This document shows, in pieces, positions 18,370 to 28,864 of a DNA stretch of 64,000 nucleotides (position 1 is its first letter; each line of letters starts with the position of its first letter). This DNA is from a virus (taxonomy: Duplodnaviria > Caudoviricetes), in the IMG/VR virus record IMGVR_UViG_3300046739_000039, positions 32,001 to 96,000 of that record; one strand, given 5' to 3'. The notes below the pieces were generated by a model. It saw nothing but the letters and a program-made list of their open reading frames with translations. It did no database searches and was not told the origin of the DNA. The translations under genes and the position numbers were made by a program.

Positions 18370-19166
18370 TGGCTACTAAATTACCTTCAGAGCCAATCTC
18401 CGGTCAGCTCTACCCTGAGCTAAAAGGAAAGCCTGGTGGGCGTACGTTTCAAAACCCACCATTCCATCCAAACATTCTGAATGTTGGTGGAGCAAATAAG
18501 GCAATCAATCCAGGTAACTGGGACCCGTATAACCCAGGTGGAACCAAGAATTTCAATAGAGGAATCCTTATCTCCGGTCCGGATGTTATCGATGGTCTTA
18601 CCAATAGTGACACCTACATCGTAAACTTCCTGTACAACCCGTCAACAGTTCAAGAGTCAAGAGGGCTGGACAATAACAATGGTGTCCTGCCCTCTTGGGC
18701 TAGAAATCCTGATGATCCAGGCAAGTACAATGTGTCTCTTAATACTGCGGTAAACTTCTCACTACTATTTGATAGAACCTATGAATTATGGGACGCCGGA
18801 TACAGAGACACCCTTGCAGGAGTATTCGGAGTCAGAGCAGACGTTGAGGCTTTCTATAACCTCATGGGTATCAACTCATTTGTTTCCCAGTCAAAGTCAG
18901 CGATTGTGGGTAAGACAGACTTGCCAGGACTGCCTAACGGAGTAGCGGACGTAGTTGTACAGGGACCCATGCAAATGGTTCCTTCCTACCTGTCCTTCGG
19001 TTACCACTCCTCAGGCTCATTGGAGTACTTCGGATACATCTCCTCTTTCGATGTGACATATACACACTTCACTCAGAAGATGGTTCCTGTACGTTGCGCG
19101 GTCAACGTAACCTTTACCGTGACACCACCAGTTCAGTCAACAGATAAAGCCAAAAACTCAGGATAG
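18369..19166 (+). CDS. Baseplate/tube-initiator protein
   Basis: FLYNP and YTHF...MVPVRC.V motifs typical of contractile tube initiators; follows the tape measure. Confidence 0.7.
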   Translation: MATKLPSEPISGQLYPELKGKPGGRTFQNPPFHPNILNVGGANKAINPGNWDPYNPGGTKNFNRGILISGPDVIDGLTNSDTYIVNFLYNPSTVQESRGLDNNNGVLPSWARNPDDPGKYNVSLNTAVNFSLLFDRTYELWDAGYRDTLAGVFGVRADVEAFYNLMGINSFVSQSKSAIVGKTDLPGLPNGVADVVVQGPMQMVPSYLSFGYHSSGSLEYFGYISSFDVTYTHFTQKMVPVRCAVNVTFTVTPPVQSTDKAKNSG

Positions 19167-19174
19167 GAATTAAC

Positions 19175-19456
19175 ATGGCAATCAGTATTTACAGCAGATA
19201 CGCTGATAATCAAGTAGTCCCTATCACTGATAAGAAGGGTGTAACCAAGTCAACCATCATTATTAGTCCTCCAAGTAAGTCAGTCGTATACGGTATTAGT
19301 ACTTATACCTGGCAATTAGGGGATCAAATTGACTACCTAGCTTTCTCCGCATACGGAGATGAGACACAATGGTGGCGCATTGCAGATGCTAACCCAGAGA
19401 TTTTATTCTGGGATAACGTTCAGCCGGGGGCGCAGGTGAGAATTCCAAGTGCTTAA
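19175..19456 (+). CDS. LysM-like baseplate protein (P2 gpX-like)
   Basis: GD.ID.LA...YGD...WWRIADANP motif. Confidence 0.85.
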   Translation: MAISIYSRYADNQVVPITDKKGVTKSTIIISPPSKSVVYGISTYTWQLGDQIDYLAFSAYGDETQWWRIADANPEILFWDNVQPGAQVRIPSA

Positions 19457-20684
19457 TCCTTCACCCTCGTATGCAGACTTCTCTGTGTTTGTCAATGGGA
19501 CTACTCCCCTAGCACAGTTCACACCCTGTGTCAAGATAATTCAGTCTATGAATTCTCACTCTATTGCTTTTCTAGATGTTGTTTACGTGGGATCTAACAT
19601 CGGTACCACTAACAGCCGCTCAGCTCATAAGTGGACCTATCTAAAAGAACAGACTCCTATCCAGATTGTCTATGGACAGAAGCCTAATTTTATGAATGCC
19701 TTTGTAGGATATGTTGCGTCTTATGAATTGATTCGACTGGGTACCGATGTTGGTAACAACAAACTGACCACCAGCACCGTACGCTACACCATCACAGGTG
19801 CCTCACAGGTCATGCAGTCCACTATCAACACAGCATGGAAGCACACCAGTCCTTCTACCATCGCGGGAAACATTGCGAATAAGAATGGACTACGTGGAAT
19901 TATCCACACATACCAGTCAGCCATTGACTATCGTCTACAGAATTCTAGTGACTTTAAGTTCCTGGCTCAGCTAGCCGATGAAATTGGCTACAGATTCTAT
20001 GTGGATAATACAGACTTGTATTTCATTAATCCAACACAAATCCTTAATAGAAATAATGCTCGCAATATTCCGCAGTTCTGGTCTCACAATCAGCCGGGTA
20101 TATATGACACCGTACGATCCTTCAGACCTGTCGTAGGTACGATCACCCCCGATGGGGGAGTCGTGGCCAACAGAAACGTTGTGGGACTCAACCCTACTAC
20201 TGGAAAGCTTACACAGGCTACGGCTATAGCCAGCGCCCTTACAGCATCAGGTAACCAGATTGCTGATTACATTACTAAGTATTACAATGATGCTCCTGCT
20301 GAGTCTTACTACGAAGCACAGCAGAAGGTAAATGCTGACGCATTGCGAAACCTATATTGGAATACAGCTTCAGCTACGCTTCGTGGAGATGCTAGAGTTC
20401 ATCCGAATAGTCTTGTCAATATTGTGGGTGCTGCTCTTACTCCTGATGAAGTAGGTGTATGGTTAGTAAATGACACTACCCACCATTTAGAAAAGCAACC
20501 ACCAGGTGGAAACAAGTATGGTAATACATACACCACAGACGCTACGCTGATTCGAGATCATATCTACACAGCAAATACCAGTCAGCTTTCAGCGCTACAG
20601 GATCTCACAAGATCTGTGCCCGCTAAACTGGTAGGTAGCAAGTGGATATCATCGAATATTGGAGCGACTATCTATGCAACCTAA
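19449..20684 (+). CDS. Baseplate hub protein (P2 gpD/T4 gp27-like)
   Basis: Q..SDFKFL..LA.EIGY.F motif; position. Confidence 0.8.
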   Translation: MLNPSPSYADFSVFVNGTTPLAQFTPCVKIIQSMNSHSIAFLDVVYVGSNIGTTNSRSAHKWTYLKEQTPIQIVYGQKPNFMNAFVGYVASYELIRLGTDVGNNKLTTSTVRYTITGASQVMQSTINTAWKHTSPSTIAGNIANKNGLRGIIHTYQSAIDYRLQNSSDFKFLAQLADEIGYRFYVDNTDLYFINPTQILNRNNARNIPQFWSHNQPGIYDTVRSFRPVVGTITPDGGVVANRNVVGLNPTTGKLTQATAIASALTASGNQIADYITKYYNDAPAESYYEAQQKVNADALRNLYWNTASATLRGDARVHPNSLVNIVGAALTPDEVGVWLVNDTTHHLEKQPPGGNKYGNTYTTDATLIRDHIYTANTSQLSALQDLTRSVPAKLVGSKWISSNIGATIYAT

Positions 20685-21288
20685 TTACAATGCAATCTAC
20701 CGGGCACTGGTCACCTCTACTACTGATCCAACGAACAGTGGAAAGATTAGGGTCCAGTGCCCACAGGTTGCTGGACTAGCCGAAATCAGATCGGCCGAAC
20801 CTGTTAATGCAGCGCAACCCATTCCTAAAGTAGGAACTACTATCTGGATTATGTTCAGTGGTGGAGATATCACTAAGCCTGCATACTTTGGAAACTCTGT
20901 ATGGAACTCTAGTTTTCTTGTACAGGACTGGACTAACTTCACACTCGCTAGTGGTTTCACAACAAATGGAAATAATAACGGTACTCCGCAGTTTCAGGTA
21001 GTAAGTGAGTATGGTTCTCTGAAAGTAAATCTTCAGGGAGGTATTAACATTACTTATCCCAGCAGCACTATCGCCAACGGTGGAACATGGACAACCATTC
21101 CTGGTGTAGCTAGACCTACTGGACCTATTCTGAGAACGTTAACAGCCGCCTGTTCCGCAGCTTCCAGTACCACACTATCCTTGAAGCTCGACTTTGCTTC
21201 AGGTGGTAGTGCTAATATTGTTGGTACAAACACTACTACAATCCAACCACCTTGGGTTTCTTTAAGCGGCCTCTACTACTACATTTAA
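20674..21288 (+). CDS. Baseplate central spike (gp5/VgrG OB-fold) with C-terminal RBP-like domain
   Basis: YRALV....DP...G.IRV.CP and PKVG..IW.MF.GGD...P motifs; ATG 20674 after GGAG. Confidence 0.8.
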   Translation: MQPNYNAIYRALVTSTTDPTNSGKIRVQCPQVAGLAEIRSAEPVNAAQPIPKVGTTIWIMFSGGDITKPAYFGNSVWNSSFLVQDWTNFTLASGFTTNGNNNGTPQFQVVSEYGSLKVNLQGGINITYPSSTIANGGTWTTIPGVARPTGPILRTLTAACSAASSTTLSLKLDFASGGSANIVGTNTTTIQPPWVSLSGLYYYI

Positions 21289-21303
21289 TCTGGGATAATA
21301 AAT

Positions 21304-21723
21304 ATGGGAACACAGATAAGCATCCCCTTCGCTGTTCTAGAGAATGGCGCAGTGGCGACAGAAACAGATAATGATATTCAGGTATCACAGCGTATCGATG
21401 CTATTGTTTCTACTGAGGTAGGACAGCGCGCAATGAGAGCCAAGATGGGCCTGCCACTATCTAGACTTCTATTCGATACAAGCAGCGCTCTTGTAGCCTC
21501 TGAGATGAGAACTATGGTTACTCAACAGCTTCAGAAGTACGAGCCTGGAATTGAAGTAGTATCGGTGACACCTAATGTCACACAGGCTAACGATGGCGTA
21601 GCCTCAGTAAATGTAAACTATCGACCTATCGTGGCCGCATCCACTACCAGCGCCGTGGCAAATACTGTCACTGTTCTTGTGGGTGGAACAGTAAAGGAAG
21701 GGATTGTAAGTGGCAACAGTTAA
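21304..21723 (+). CDS. Baseplate wedge/sheath initiator (T4 gp25-like)
   Basis: ISIPF, T..GQR.MR...G and YEP.I motifs. Confidence 0.85.
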   Translation: MGTQISIPFAVLENGAVATETDNDIQVSQRIDAIVSTEVGQRAMRAKMGLPLSRLLFDTSSALVASEMRTMVTQQLQKYEPGIEVVSVTPNVTQANDGVASVNVNYRPIVAASTTSAVANTVTVLVGGTVKEGIVSGNS

Positions 21724-23236
21724 CGGTGTTCCGGCTATTGATTACACAAGTAAGGACTACAACGGTTTCATTACCTCCATGCTGGACTTCGCTAAGACAG
21801 CGTTTCCCGAGTGGACTAACCAGAATCCTGGTTCTCTAGAAGTAATGCTTCTAGAATCTCTAGCCCGAGAACTAGACGTACTCTCCTACTACGGAGACAG
21901 AATTGTTGGGGAAGCCTATATTGGTACGGCTACTCAGCTATCCTCAGTAATCCAATTAGCTGAGCTTCTGGGATATACTCCTGGTCAAGCTCTGGCAGCC
22001 ACGGGAACTGTTACGTTCCAGACTGCCTCAACCTCAGGTGCCGTGACTATTCCGTTAGCTACACAAGTCACTACGAACTATGTGTCTAGCATTAATGGAC
22101 CTATCGTATTTGAAACAACACAGGTAGCTACTGTTCCTGCCAACGGTGGGACTCTTGCGGTACCTGTAATCCAGGGTGTCACACAAGGCTCTGCTGTATT
22201 TACCATTGGTAATAACACAACAGCACCATTCGCTATTACCACTGAGCTTATTGGGACGTCTGATGGTTCAGATCTTCAGACATTCTCTCTGGCTAACAAC
22301 CCAGTGGTCAGTGAATCTATCACTGTCTATATTCAGAATCCTGCATTTGGTTCAACCAGTGGGCAAGATCCTATCCTCCCATGGAACCGCGTTGCTTCTC
22401 TGCAACAAGCTGGCTCTTCTGACCAGGCATGGTCTGGAACTGTAGACGCTAATGGTGTTGTAACTATTCATTTTGGTGACGGAATCAATGGAGCTGTTCC
22501 TGCCGCAGGTCTAAATGTCTATGCGAACTATCGTGTAGGTGGAGGAACTATCGGTAACCTAGCAGCGAATGCTATTGTCGATATTGCTTCAGCCATTACT
22601 GGTGTTTCTATTTCAGCATCCTCTGCCACTACTGGTGGAACATCCGCAGAGACTATTGATCAGATTAGAACAAACGCTCCTCGTGCTTTTACTACACAAC
22701 AGAGAGCCGTGACATTAGCTGATTATGGTAGTCTGGCTATGTCCCTTCCTATTGTTTCTCAGGCGAATGCTGTAGCTAACACGTACACCAATATCACTGT
22801 ATACATTACGGGACAAGGAAACACAGTTCCTACACAGACCACACTTGATACGGTTACTCGTTTTCTTCAGCCGCTGTCACTAGCTGGAACAGTGGTCACC
22901 TGTACCGCTGCAACACTTGTTCCTATTAACGTAGGTTCTACAGGTAGCCCGGTACTGATCGGCTGTAGCTCTCGTTATAGCCCAACGTCTATTCAGATTC
23001 AAGCCACTCAGGCTATTCAGAATCTCTTCGCTCCATCGAATGTTCAACTAGGTGGACGCGTAACACTAAGCTCCGTGTACTCTGCTCTTTATGCGATTCC
23101 GGGAGTTCAGTACATTAACATTCCACTGTTCGTTAGAAGTGACGCTACTCAGTCTGGTGCTGCTGATATTCTTATGAGAAGCTTTGAACTAGCTACGTCT
23201 GGTAATATCGTCATCACTGTAACGGCAACCACATAA
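21710..23236 (+). CDS. Baseplate J-like wedge protein
   Basis: IDYTSKDY, FGDG.NG..P, YRVGGG and RAVTLADY motifs. Confidence 0.9.
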   Translation: MATVNGVPAIDYTSKDYNGFITSMLDFAKTAFPEWTNQNPGSLEVMLLESLARELDVLSYYGDRIVGEAYIGTATQLSSVIQLAELLGYTPGQALAATGTVTFQTASTSGAVTIPLATQVTTNYVSSINGPIVFETTQVATVPANGGTLAVPVIQGVTQGSAVFTIGNNTTAPFAITTELIGTSDGSDLQTFSLANNPVVSESITVYIQNPAFGSTSGQDPILPWNRVASLQQAGSSDQAWSGTVDANGVVTIHFGDGINGAVPAAGLNVYANYRVGGGTIGNLAANAIVDIASAITGVSISASSATTGGTSAETIDQIRTNAPRAFTTQQRAVTLADYGSLAMSLPIVSQANAVANTYTNITVYITGQGNTVPTQTTLDTVTRFLQPLSLAGTVVTCTAATLVPINVGSTGSPVLIGCSSRYSPTSIQIQATQAIQNLFAPSNVQLGGRVTLSSVYSALYAIPGVQYINIPLFVRSDATQSGAADILMRSFELATSGNIVITVTATT

Positions 23237-23245
23237 GGAGAAACA

Positions 23246-23911
23246 ATGGTAGCGGTTTATCCAGCAGCTATTAAGACTTTTGCATATAGACAGGACTACA
23301 CTGACCTAGTTGAGGCCGCAGACGTTAACGTTTCTTATGATGAGATCCGCGCAGTTCAAAATACTCTCGGTGTAAATCCTCAGCAAGAAACAATCGACAG
23401 CACGTTAACTAAGTACAGCAGCGTCAGCAGTAGAATATCTGCGGTAAGAAGAGGTACGACAACCCCGTACGCGGGAGCGTCTGCTCACGATGTGCAGGTG
23501 GCATTCAACAACGATTACATTCCTTCCTGGAATTCAAAACTGTTTGATACTCACCATATCCTTAACGGATCTAATCTGGTTTGTCCTCGTGATGGTATTT
23601 ACCATTTCAATTTCTATGTGAGATGGCACAAGGATAGCGTTCAGACAGCTAACCTACTTCCTACCTTTGACAGAAATGGTAAGCTTCAGATTGAAGGACA
23701 GTTCAACGGTTCCACTTCGTTCCTTACCTGTCAGACAGACTGGTTCCCTGAGGGCTTCAAGGATTTTGCGCGTCAATCAGCCTCAATGATCTATCCTTGG
23801 TATAAGGGACAATCACTGAGAGTAAAGCTTTACCAAAGTGTATACAGAGCCGGAACCCTGTTTGCTACTGCCTATGCGAACGTTGCATACATCAGAGACA
23901 TACCATCATAA
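23246..23911 (+). CDS. Minor tail/fibre protein with C1q/TNF-like C-terminal domain
   Basis: N-terminal fibre anchor (V.AADVN...EI.AVQ..LG.NP); P.DGIY.F...V.W motif. Confidence 0.55.
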   Translation: MVAVYPAAIKTFAYRQDYTDLVEAADVNVSYDEIRAVQNTLGVNPQQETIDSTLTKYSSVSSRISAVRRGTTTPYAGASAHDVQVAFNNDYIPSWNSKLFDTHHILNGSNLVCPRDGIYHFNFYVRWHKDSVQTANLLPTFDRNGKLQIEGQFNGSTSFLTCQTDWFPEGFKDFARQSASMIYPWYKGQSLRVKLYQSVYRAGTLFATAYANVAYIRDIPS

Positions 23912-23920
23912 GGAGTTTAA

Positions 23921-26320
23921 ATGAGCCAAGGATTTGGTGTTGATATCTATGGTATTGACTACTATGGATATTCACAGCCAGCGGACTACAGCGTTGCACC
24001 CTTCGTAGCTAAGCAAGCTAATTACGGTGACATCGTACTTTCCTGGGCTTCTCCTAATACAACCTCATGGAAGTTTCTGGAACTGGTTAGAAGTACATAT
24101 GGGTACCCTAACCGTCCAGAAGACGGAGTAGTACTTACGACCATCACCCCCGGAACTATGGTGCGAACCTATGATGATCCGGGGCTTGATGCTGGAACAA
24201 TTTATTACTACGCAATGTTTATTACCATTGAGGCTCCTACATGGAGTTCAGGATCTACCTACGTATTAAATCAACAAGTGCTATTCAATGGTCTTTACTG
24301 GACTAGTACACAGAATGGAAACATCAACCACACCCCTGCGGCAGGGTCGTCCTTCTGGTCACCTACGGAATACGTTCCTTCATGGTATCCAGCAGGCTTT
24401 GCAGCGACACTAGCTCTGGGTAATCAGGGTTATACTAATCTGCTTTACTACAGAACCCCCCAGCCGTATAAGACAACCACATCCGATACCTTCTCAACTG
24501 TTGAAGTTGACAACCAGTCGCTGTACAACTACGAATCCCTATTCGGATTCGGTCTGGATATGATTAAAGCTGAATACGATTCATACCTAGAATTGAGTGA
24601 TGCGGATACCGTCTCGGCTGCTCACCTGGATATGTTAGGACAGCAGCTAGGTATTAATACTGACTACCTGTCTACTCCTCAGCAGAGAAGACAGCGTATT
24701 AAGAATGCCGCAGTTAACTACCGCATTAAGGGACAGACACAAAGCATTCACAATATTATCGCTGAGCTAGCTGGTTGGGATTCCGAAATTACAATAGGCG
24801 CCAACATGTATAACAGCGCTGATCAAACTGCATTCATTCACCCAGCGTATGACAAGTGGAATCTTAATTCCACGTACTTCCCAGGTCAGCAGATTCAGTA
24901 CAATGGATACAACTACAACTGTACGACTCAGGCCAAGGGGCAGGCACAGGCTCCTACAGGAACCACAGCGTCTAACACTTGGTGGTCCGCCGCTCAGATT
25001 TATATTCTGGACAACACAGTCAATAAGAATCCACAGACTAACGCTTATTCCACCTGGGGATTCACAGGATTGAGCGGTACTACTGGCAGCATGGAAGGTG
25101 TCCGTACTGGACTGCCACACCCTACTGATACGACTATCAACTACTGGGGAGCACTGTCCTCTAAAGCTACCAACAACCCTGGAAACAGTTTCTATAACTT
25201 GGATTCCACATTCAAGTTGAATACACCTAACTATGCAGCAGGTACAAACTATGTAATCAATAACTCTGTTCTGTACACTGACGGCTATTACTATCTAGCA
25301 TTGAAGCCGTCTGGACCTGGTACCCCTTACGGAGCCAAGACTCCCGGTACTGATCAGAACTTCTGGAAGCCGTTCTACTATGTGACTACAGATACACCTA
25401 ACATTGTTAGAGATGGTGTACCTATTCAGCAGTTGGAGCAGTGGAATACGGCTACTACATATCAGCCTGGTGACTATGTTCAGTACAACGGTATTACTTA
25501 TCTGTGCCAGCAGACCAATCTAAACTCTGCGCCTACCGGATACTACTATTCCAATGCCGGATGGGTATTTATCTCTCCTTCTCAGAAGACCGTAGTTACT
25601 TCGTCTTATTGGGCTCGTAAGGTAAATGACGCGGGAGCGAATACAACTGTTACTCCATTCTTGTATTTCTATGACAAGAAGGGTAAGCTTATTAATAACA
25701 CCTCTGTTAACTACTCAGGCTATAACGTAGGCTCTGAAGGTGTATTGGCTCGAATGGTAGCTGACTACACAGACCTGCATGGAACTACTGAGACGTCTAT
25801 TGCTAACGCGAATACAGATGGAACAATCCATACGGGTACCTGGTTTGGTAGTGGAACCGCTGGAACAATGGCTAACGTCTGGTTCAGCAGTTATGGTATG
25901 GCTGCGGTGAATCAATTCATCACTGGAACTCTTACGTATCAATACCTAACCATTGATGCTGGGGCTCCTTTCGGTAGATTTGCTATGACCTTCCTCACTG
26001 ATTATGTCGATACAGCTCATAAGACTCACGGATTAGTATTTGGTATGCTTAACGCTAGCAATTTCTTTTACGTGACAAGAACAAGTCTGCGTAAGGTAGT
26101 AGCAGGAGTGGACAGTCTTATAGCTTCATGGACTCGTTTGTCCAATGGAGATCGAATTGTTGTAGACGCTGGACTTGACGTAGACGTTTATAAGTACAGC
26201 CGCACAGGTGACGGTGCCCTAACACGTATCGCGCACTCAGTAGGAACTGGTCCAGGCGACACAGGAACTGTCGGCCGAACTGGCTATATTCACAAGTACT
26301 CAGCAACTGGAGCACTCTAA
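23921..26320 (+). CDS. Baseplate wedge (P2 gpI-like) protein with FN3-like and several CBM5/12-like modules
   Basis: L..LGQQLG...Y.IKG gpI-like segment; four W....TY..G..V.YNG..Y repeats. Confidence 0.75.
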   Translation: MSQGFGVDIYGIDYYGYSQPADYSVAPFVAKQANYGDIVLSWASPNTTSWKFLELVRSTYGYPNRPEDGVVLTTITPGTMVRTYDDPGLDAGTIYYYAMFITIEAPTWSSGSTYVLNQQVLFNGLYWTSTQNGNINHTPAAGSSFWSPTEYVPSWYPAGFAATLALGNQGYTNLLYYRTPQPYKTTTSDTFSTVEVDNQSLYNYESLFGFGLDMIKAEYDSYLELSDADTVSAAHLDMLGQQLGINTDYLSTPQQRRQRIKNAAVNYRIKGQTQSIHNIIAELAGWDSEITIGANMYNSADQTAFIHPAYDKWNLNSTYFPGQQIQYNGYNYNCTTQAKGQAQAPTGTTASNTWWSAAQIYILDNTVNKNPQTNAYSTWGFTGLSGTTGSMEGVRTGLPHPTDTTINYWGALSSKATNNPGNSFYNLDSTFKLNTPNYAAGTNYVINNSVLYTDGYYYLALKPSGPGTPYGAKTPGTDQNFWKPFYYVTTDTPNIVRDGVPIQQLEQWNTATTYQPGDYVQYNGITYLCQQTNLNSAPTGYYYSNAGWVFISPSQKTVVTSSYWARKVNDAGANTTVTPFLYFYDKKGKLINNTSVNYSGYNVGSEGVLARMVADYTDLHGTTETSIANANTDGTIHTGTWFGSGTAGTMANVWFSSYGMAAVNQFITGTLTYQYLTIDAGAPFGRFAMTFLTDYVDTAHKTHGLVFGMLNASNFFYVTRTSLRKVVAGVDSLIASWTRLSNGDRIVVDAGLDVDVYKYSRTGDGALTRIAHSVGTGPGDTGTVGRTGYIHKYSATGAL

Positions 26321-28726
26321 ATGGCATATCCAAAAATTAATACACTAACCGATATCTTCCAGCCTGATGGATTTGGTTTCTTCGGATTCGGAGATGGCGG
26401 ATTCGGTGGAACGTATGAGCTGATCAATCCTCAATGGAACACCAATAGTGGTAGTTTTGGATTTGACCCTATTAAGATGCTTCCATTCGTAGAGGCTACT
26501 GACACGCCTAGCTATGTCGGTGCCTCGCTGTATGATCTTACGCAGAGTAGTTTCTTTGCGAAGATTACTCCTGCACCTGCGGGTAACGGAAGTATTCAAA
26601 CTGGATTGCTCATTAGGTTCGATAGACACAACTATGTTGAAATCTCTTACGGACCTAATGGGCAGTTCAATGCCTACGTTTCTAATAACTCGAATGTAAC
26701 TACTACAGCAATGCCTATTTACGATCCAGTAGCACATGCTTATTGGAGAATTCGTAATGAAGACCCTGCAAATATCTTCTTTGATACCTCTCCTGACGGA
26801 AGCACTTGGACTGAACAAGGTCACGTCGGATTCGATTGGGATATCTCCGCAGTTACTGTATCGATTTTTGCGGGATTCAATGCCATCGAGAATCCAGGTA
26901 ACCTAGCATATGTGTCGAATGTAAATGTACCGGCAACCAGTTTGCAGTTGAAGGGTCACGTCAATAGCGTTACCTCTATTACTGGTGGGTATATCGTCAC
27001 AGATCCTAATGCACTTTCCGGTAGTCTGAACGCCTCAGCGGGCTTCAGAGGCAAGTTCACAGCCACCCTGGGTATTCCTGAGGGAGGCATGTCGGACTTC
27101 GCTTACAACATCAACCTGCAAGCTGTAGACCCCTTGATTCTGAATCAGTGGACTCCTTCCAACTACCTGAACTTCACGGGTACTAGTTCCACATTGAACT
27201 CTGCCAGTTGGCAGCGTGAGTTTAATGCTTTCCAAATTCCTATGCCTTATAGAGATGGAAGCTACTTCCAGCCTGCTGCATACGCTGATACTCAATACAA
27301 CGTCAGCTTCTCTCCTGACATTACGAATCAGAATCTGATGACTAGTGTTCAGATGGAAACTACAACCGGTCTTGATAACCGTCTGCCATTAGTGGCATCC
27401 ATTTATCAAGATGGCTGTGCGTACTCTCCGGGGTCAGGAGTAACCTCTATCACCCGTAGCACTGAGCACCCATTGAACGGTCAGTACTCTGGAAAGATTG
27501 TTAGCTCTACAAGTGCAGGAACTCTCGGTGACGGTACGTTCTCATACTGGGTAATTCCACAGAGAAAGGCTTTGACCAAGGTTCGTTTCGATCCATTAGG
27601 AACTCCGGAGGCATTGTTTGGAAGTGTTTACTTCTCTACAACGCGCTCCAATACTATTTGGTTTGCCGGACTTGTTTATTACGATGCGAACTACAACATC
27701 ATGTCAGCATCCACACACCTTCAAGCGCTTATCCCAGGTAAGTCAACACATCCTGGTGGTGGCGTTTGGCGTCAGGCAACAGTGTACGCAACCAACGTTC
27801 CGGCTACGGCTGTATATGTAAGTGTTGTTCCTTTCATTCAGACCAATACCGTGACTCCTCCGTCAGAGGTTTCATATATCAGTAACAACTTTATTACTAC
27901 TGCGTCTATTGGATTTACTGAAGTACCATCTACTTACGAGCACCCTAAAACAGCTCATATTGATGTGAAGGCAGACAGAGTAAACTACGTTCTCAATTCT
28001 GGATTCAATACTGGAACTACGAACTGGTTCCAAGGAAATGTTGGTATTACCGGAACTCCTAACTCTGCAACGCTAGCGTGGGACAACTCAGTGGGTTACC
28101 GCTCAGTAGGTTCTCTGCGAATGAGTCTGACTCCTCCAAGTGGGACGTATACGGGTGGTAGTACCTCCAAGATCGGGGCATCTACACAGGCTAACTTCAA
28201 TGGCGGAAGCCGTCAACCTATCGTCCAAGGGTTGAAGGTAGGACATACCTACACGATCTCCGCATGGATCAAACAGGGAACAAATTGTCCAGACGTCCTT
28301 ATGGATTTCCGAGACAGCAATGGTTTAGGTGTTGGTGGTGTAAGTGTGAATACCCAGAAGATAACCAATCCAGAGAATATCGATGGAACATGGACAAGGA
28401 TTCAGTTTACTTACACAATTCCTCCAACAGGTCTGAGTGAGTATTACATGTACTTCTACGTTCTATTCCCAAGTCTTTCTCAGGCCCCATTCTCATACTG
28501 GGTTGATTCAATTATGGTTGAAGAAACTACCGCAGCTTATGAAGGCTACTTTGATGGAGGCTTTGCCTCTGCTGATTACAAGTGGGAATCTGGTGGAGCA
28601 GCCAATAACAGTAGATCTTATTTCTATAAGGATTACAACAACAAGCTACTTAGATTGAACAATGCTCTCCCTACAGTTCTACCTGTAGGTGAGTATTACT
28701 CATTACTATTTGCTCAACCTATTTAA
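26321..28726 (+). CDS. Large tail/baseplate protein with carbohydrate-binding (CBM4/9-like) domains
   Basis: YWRIR...F.TSPDG..W lectin-like segment; NYVLNSGF, YTISAWIK and YFDG motifs. Confidence 0.7.
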   Translation: MAYPKINTLTDIFQPDGFGFFGFGDGGFGGTYELINPQWNTNSGSFGFDPIKMLPFVEATDTPSYVGASLYDLTQSSFFAKITPAPAGNGSIQTGLLIRFDRHNYVEISYGPNGQFNAYVSNNSNVTTTAMPIYDPVAHAYWRIRNEDPANIFFDTSPDGSTWTEQGHVGFDWDISAVTVSIFAGFNAIENPGNLAYVSNVNVPATSLQLKGHVNSVTSITGGYIVTDPNALSGSLNASAGFRGKFTATLGIPEGGMSDFAYNINLQAVDPLILNQWTPSNYLNFTGTSSTLNSASWQREFNAFQIPMPYRDGSYFQPAAYADTQYNVSFSPDITNQNLMTSVQMETTTGLDNRLPLVASIYQDGCAYSPGSGVTSITRSTEHPLNGQYSGKIVSSTSAGTLGDGTFSYWVIPQRKALTKVRFDPLGTPEALFGSVYFSTTRSNTIWFAGLVYYDANYNIMSASTHLQALIPGKSTHPGGGVWRQATVYATNVPATAVYVSVVPFIQTNTVTPPSEVSYISNNFITTASIGFTEVPSTYEHPKTAHIDVKADRVNYVLNSGFNTGTTNWFQGNVGITGTPNSATLAWDNSVGYRSVGSLRMSLTPPSGTYTGGSTSKIGASTQANFNGGSRQPIVQGLKVGHTYTISAWIKQGTNCPDVLMDFRDSNGLGVGGVSVNTQKITNPENIDGTWTRIQFTYTIPPTGLSEYYMYFYVLFPSLSQAPFSYWVDSIMVEETTAAYEGYFDGGFASADYKWESGGAANNSRSYFYKDYNNKLLRLNNALPTVLPVGEYYSLLFAQPI

Positions 28727-28741
28727 TAACAGTTAATAACT

Positions 28742-28778
28742 AAGAAGAGAGATATAGATAATCTATATCTCTCTTCTT
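28742..28778. repeat. Perfect 18-bp inverted repeat (1-nt spacer) in AT-rich intergenic DNA; likely bidirectional terminator
   Basis: AAGAAGAGAGATATAGAT-A-ATCTATATCTCTCTTCTT. Confidence 0.9.
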
Positions 28779-28799
28779 TATTTATATAAGTATATATAG

Positions 28800-28828
28800 A
28801 GGGTAGTCCAGTACCACAGGTCTGTCAA
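28800..28828 (-). promoter_or_regulatory. Leftward sigma70/HrdB-type promoter
   Basis: Minus strand reads TTGACA-N17-TACCCT. Confidence 0.5.
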
Positions 28829-28864
28829 GTCTGCTATGCTGTGTGCCCTACCTAAGGAGACCGA

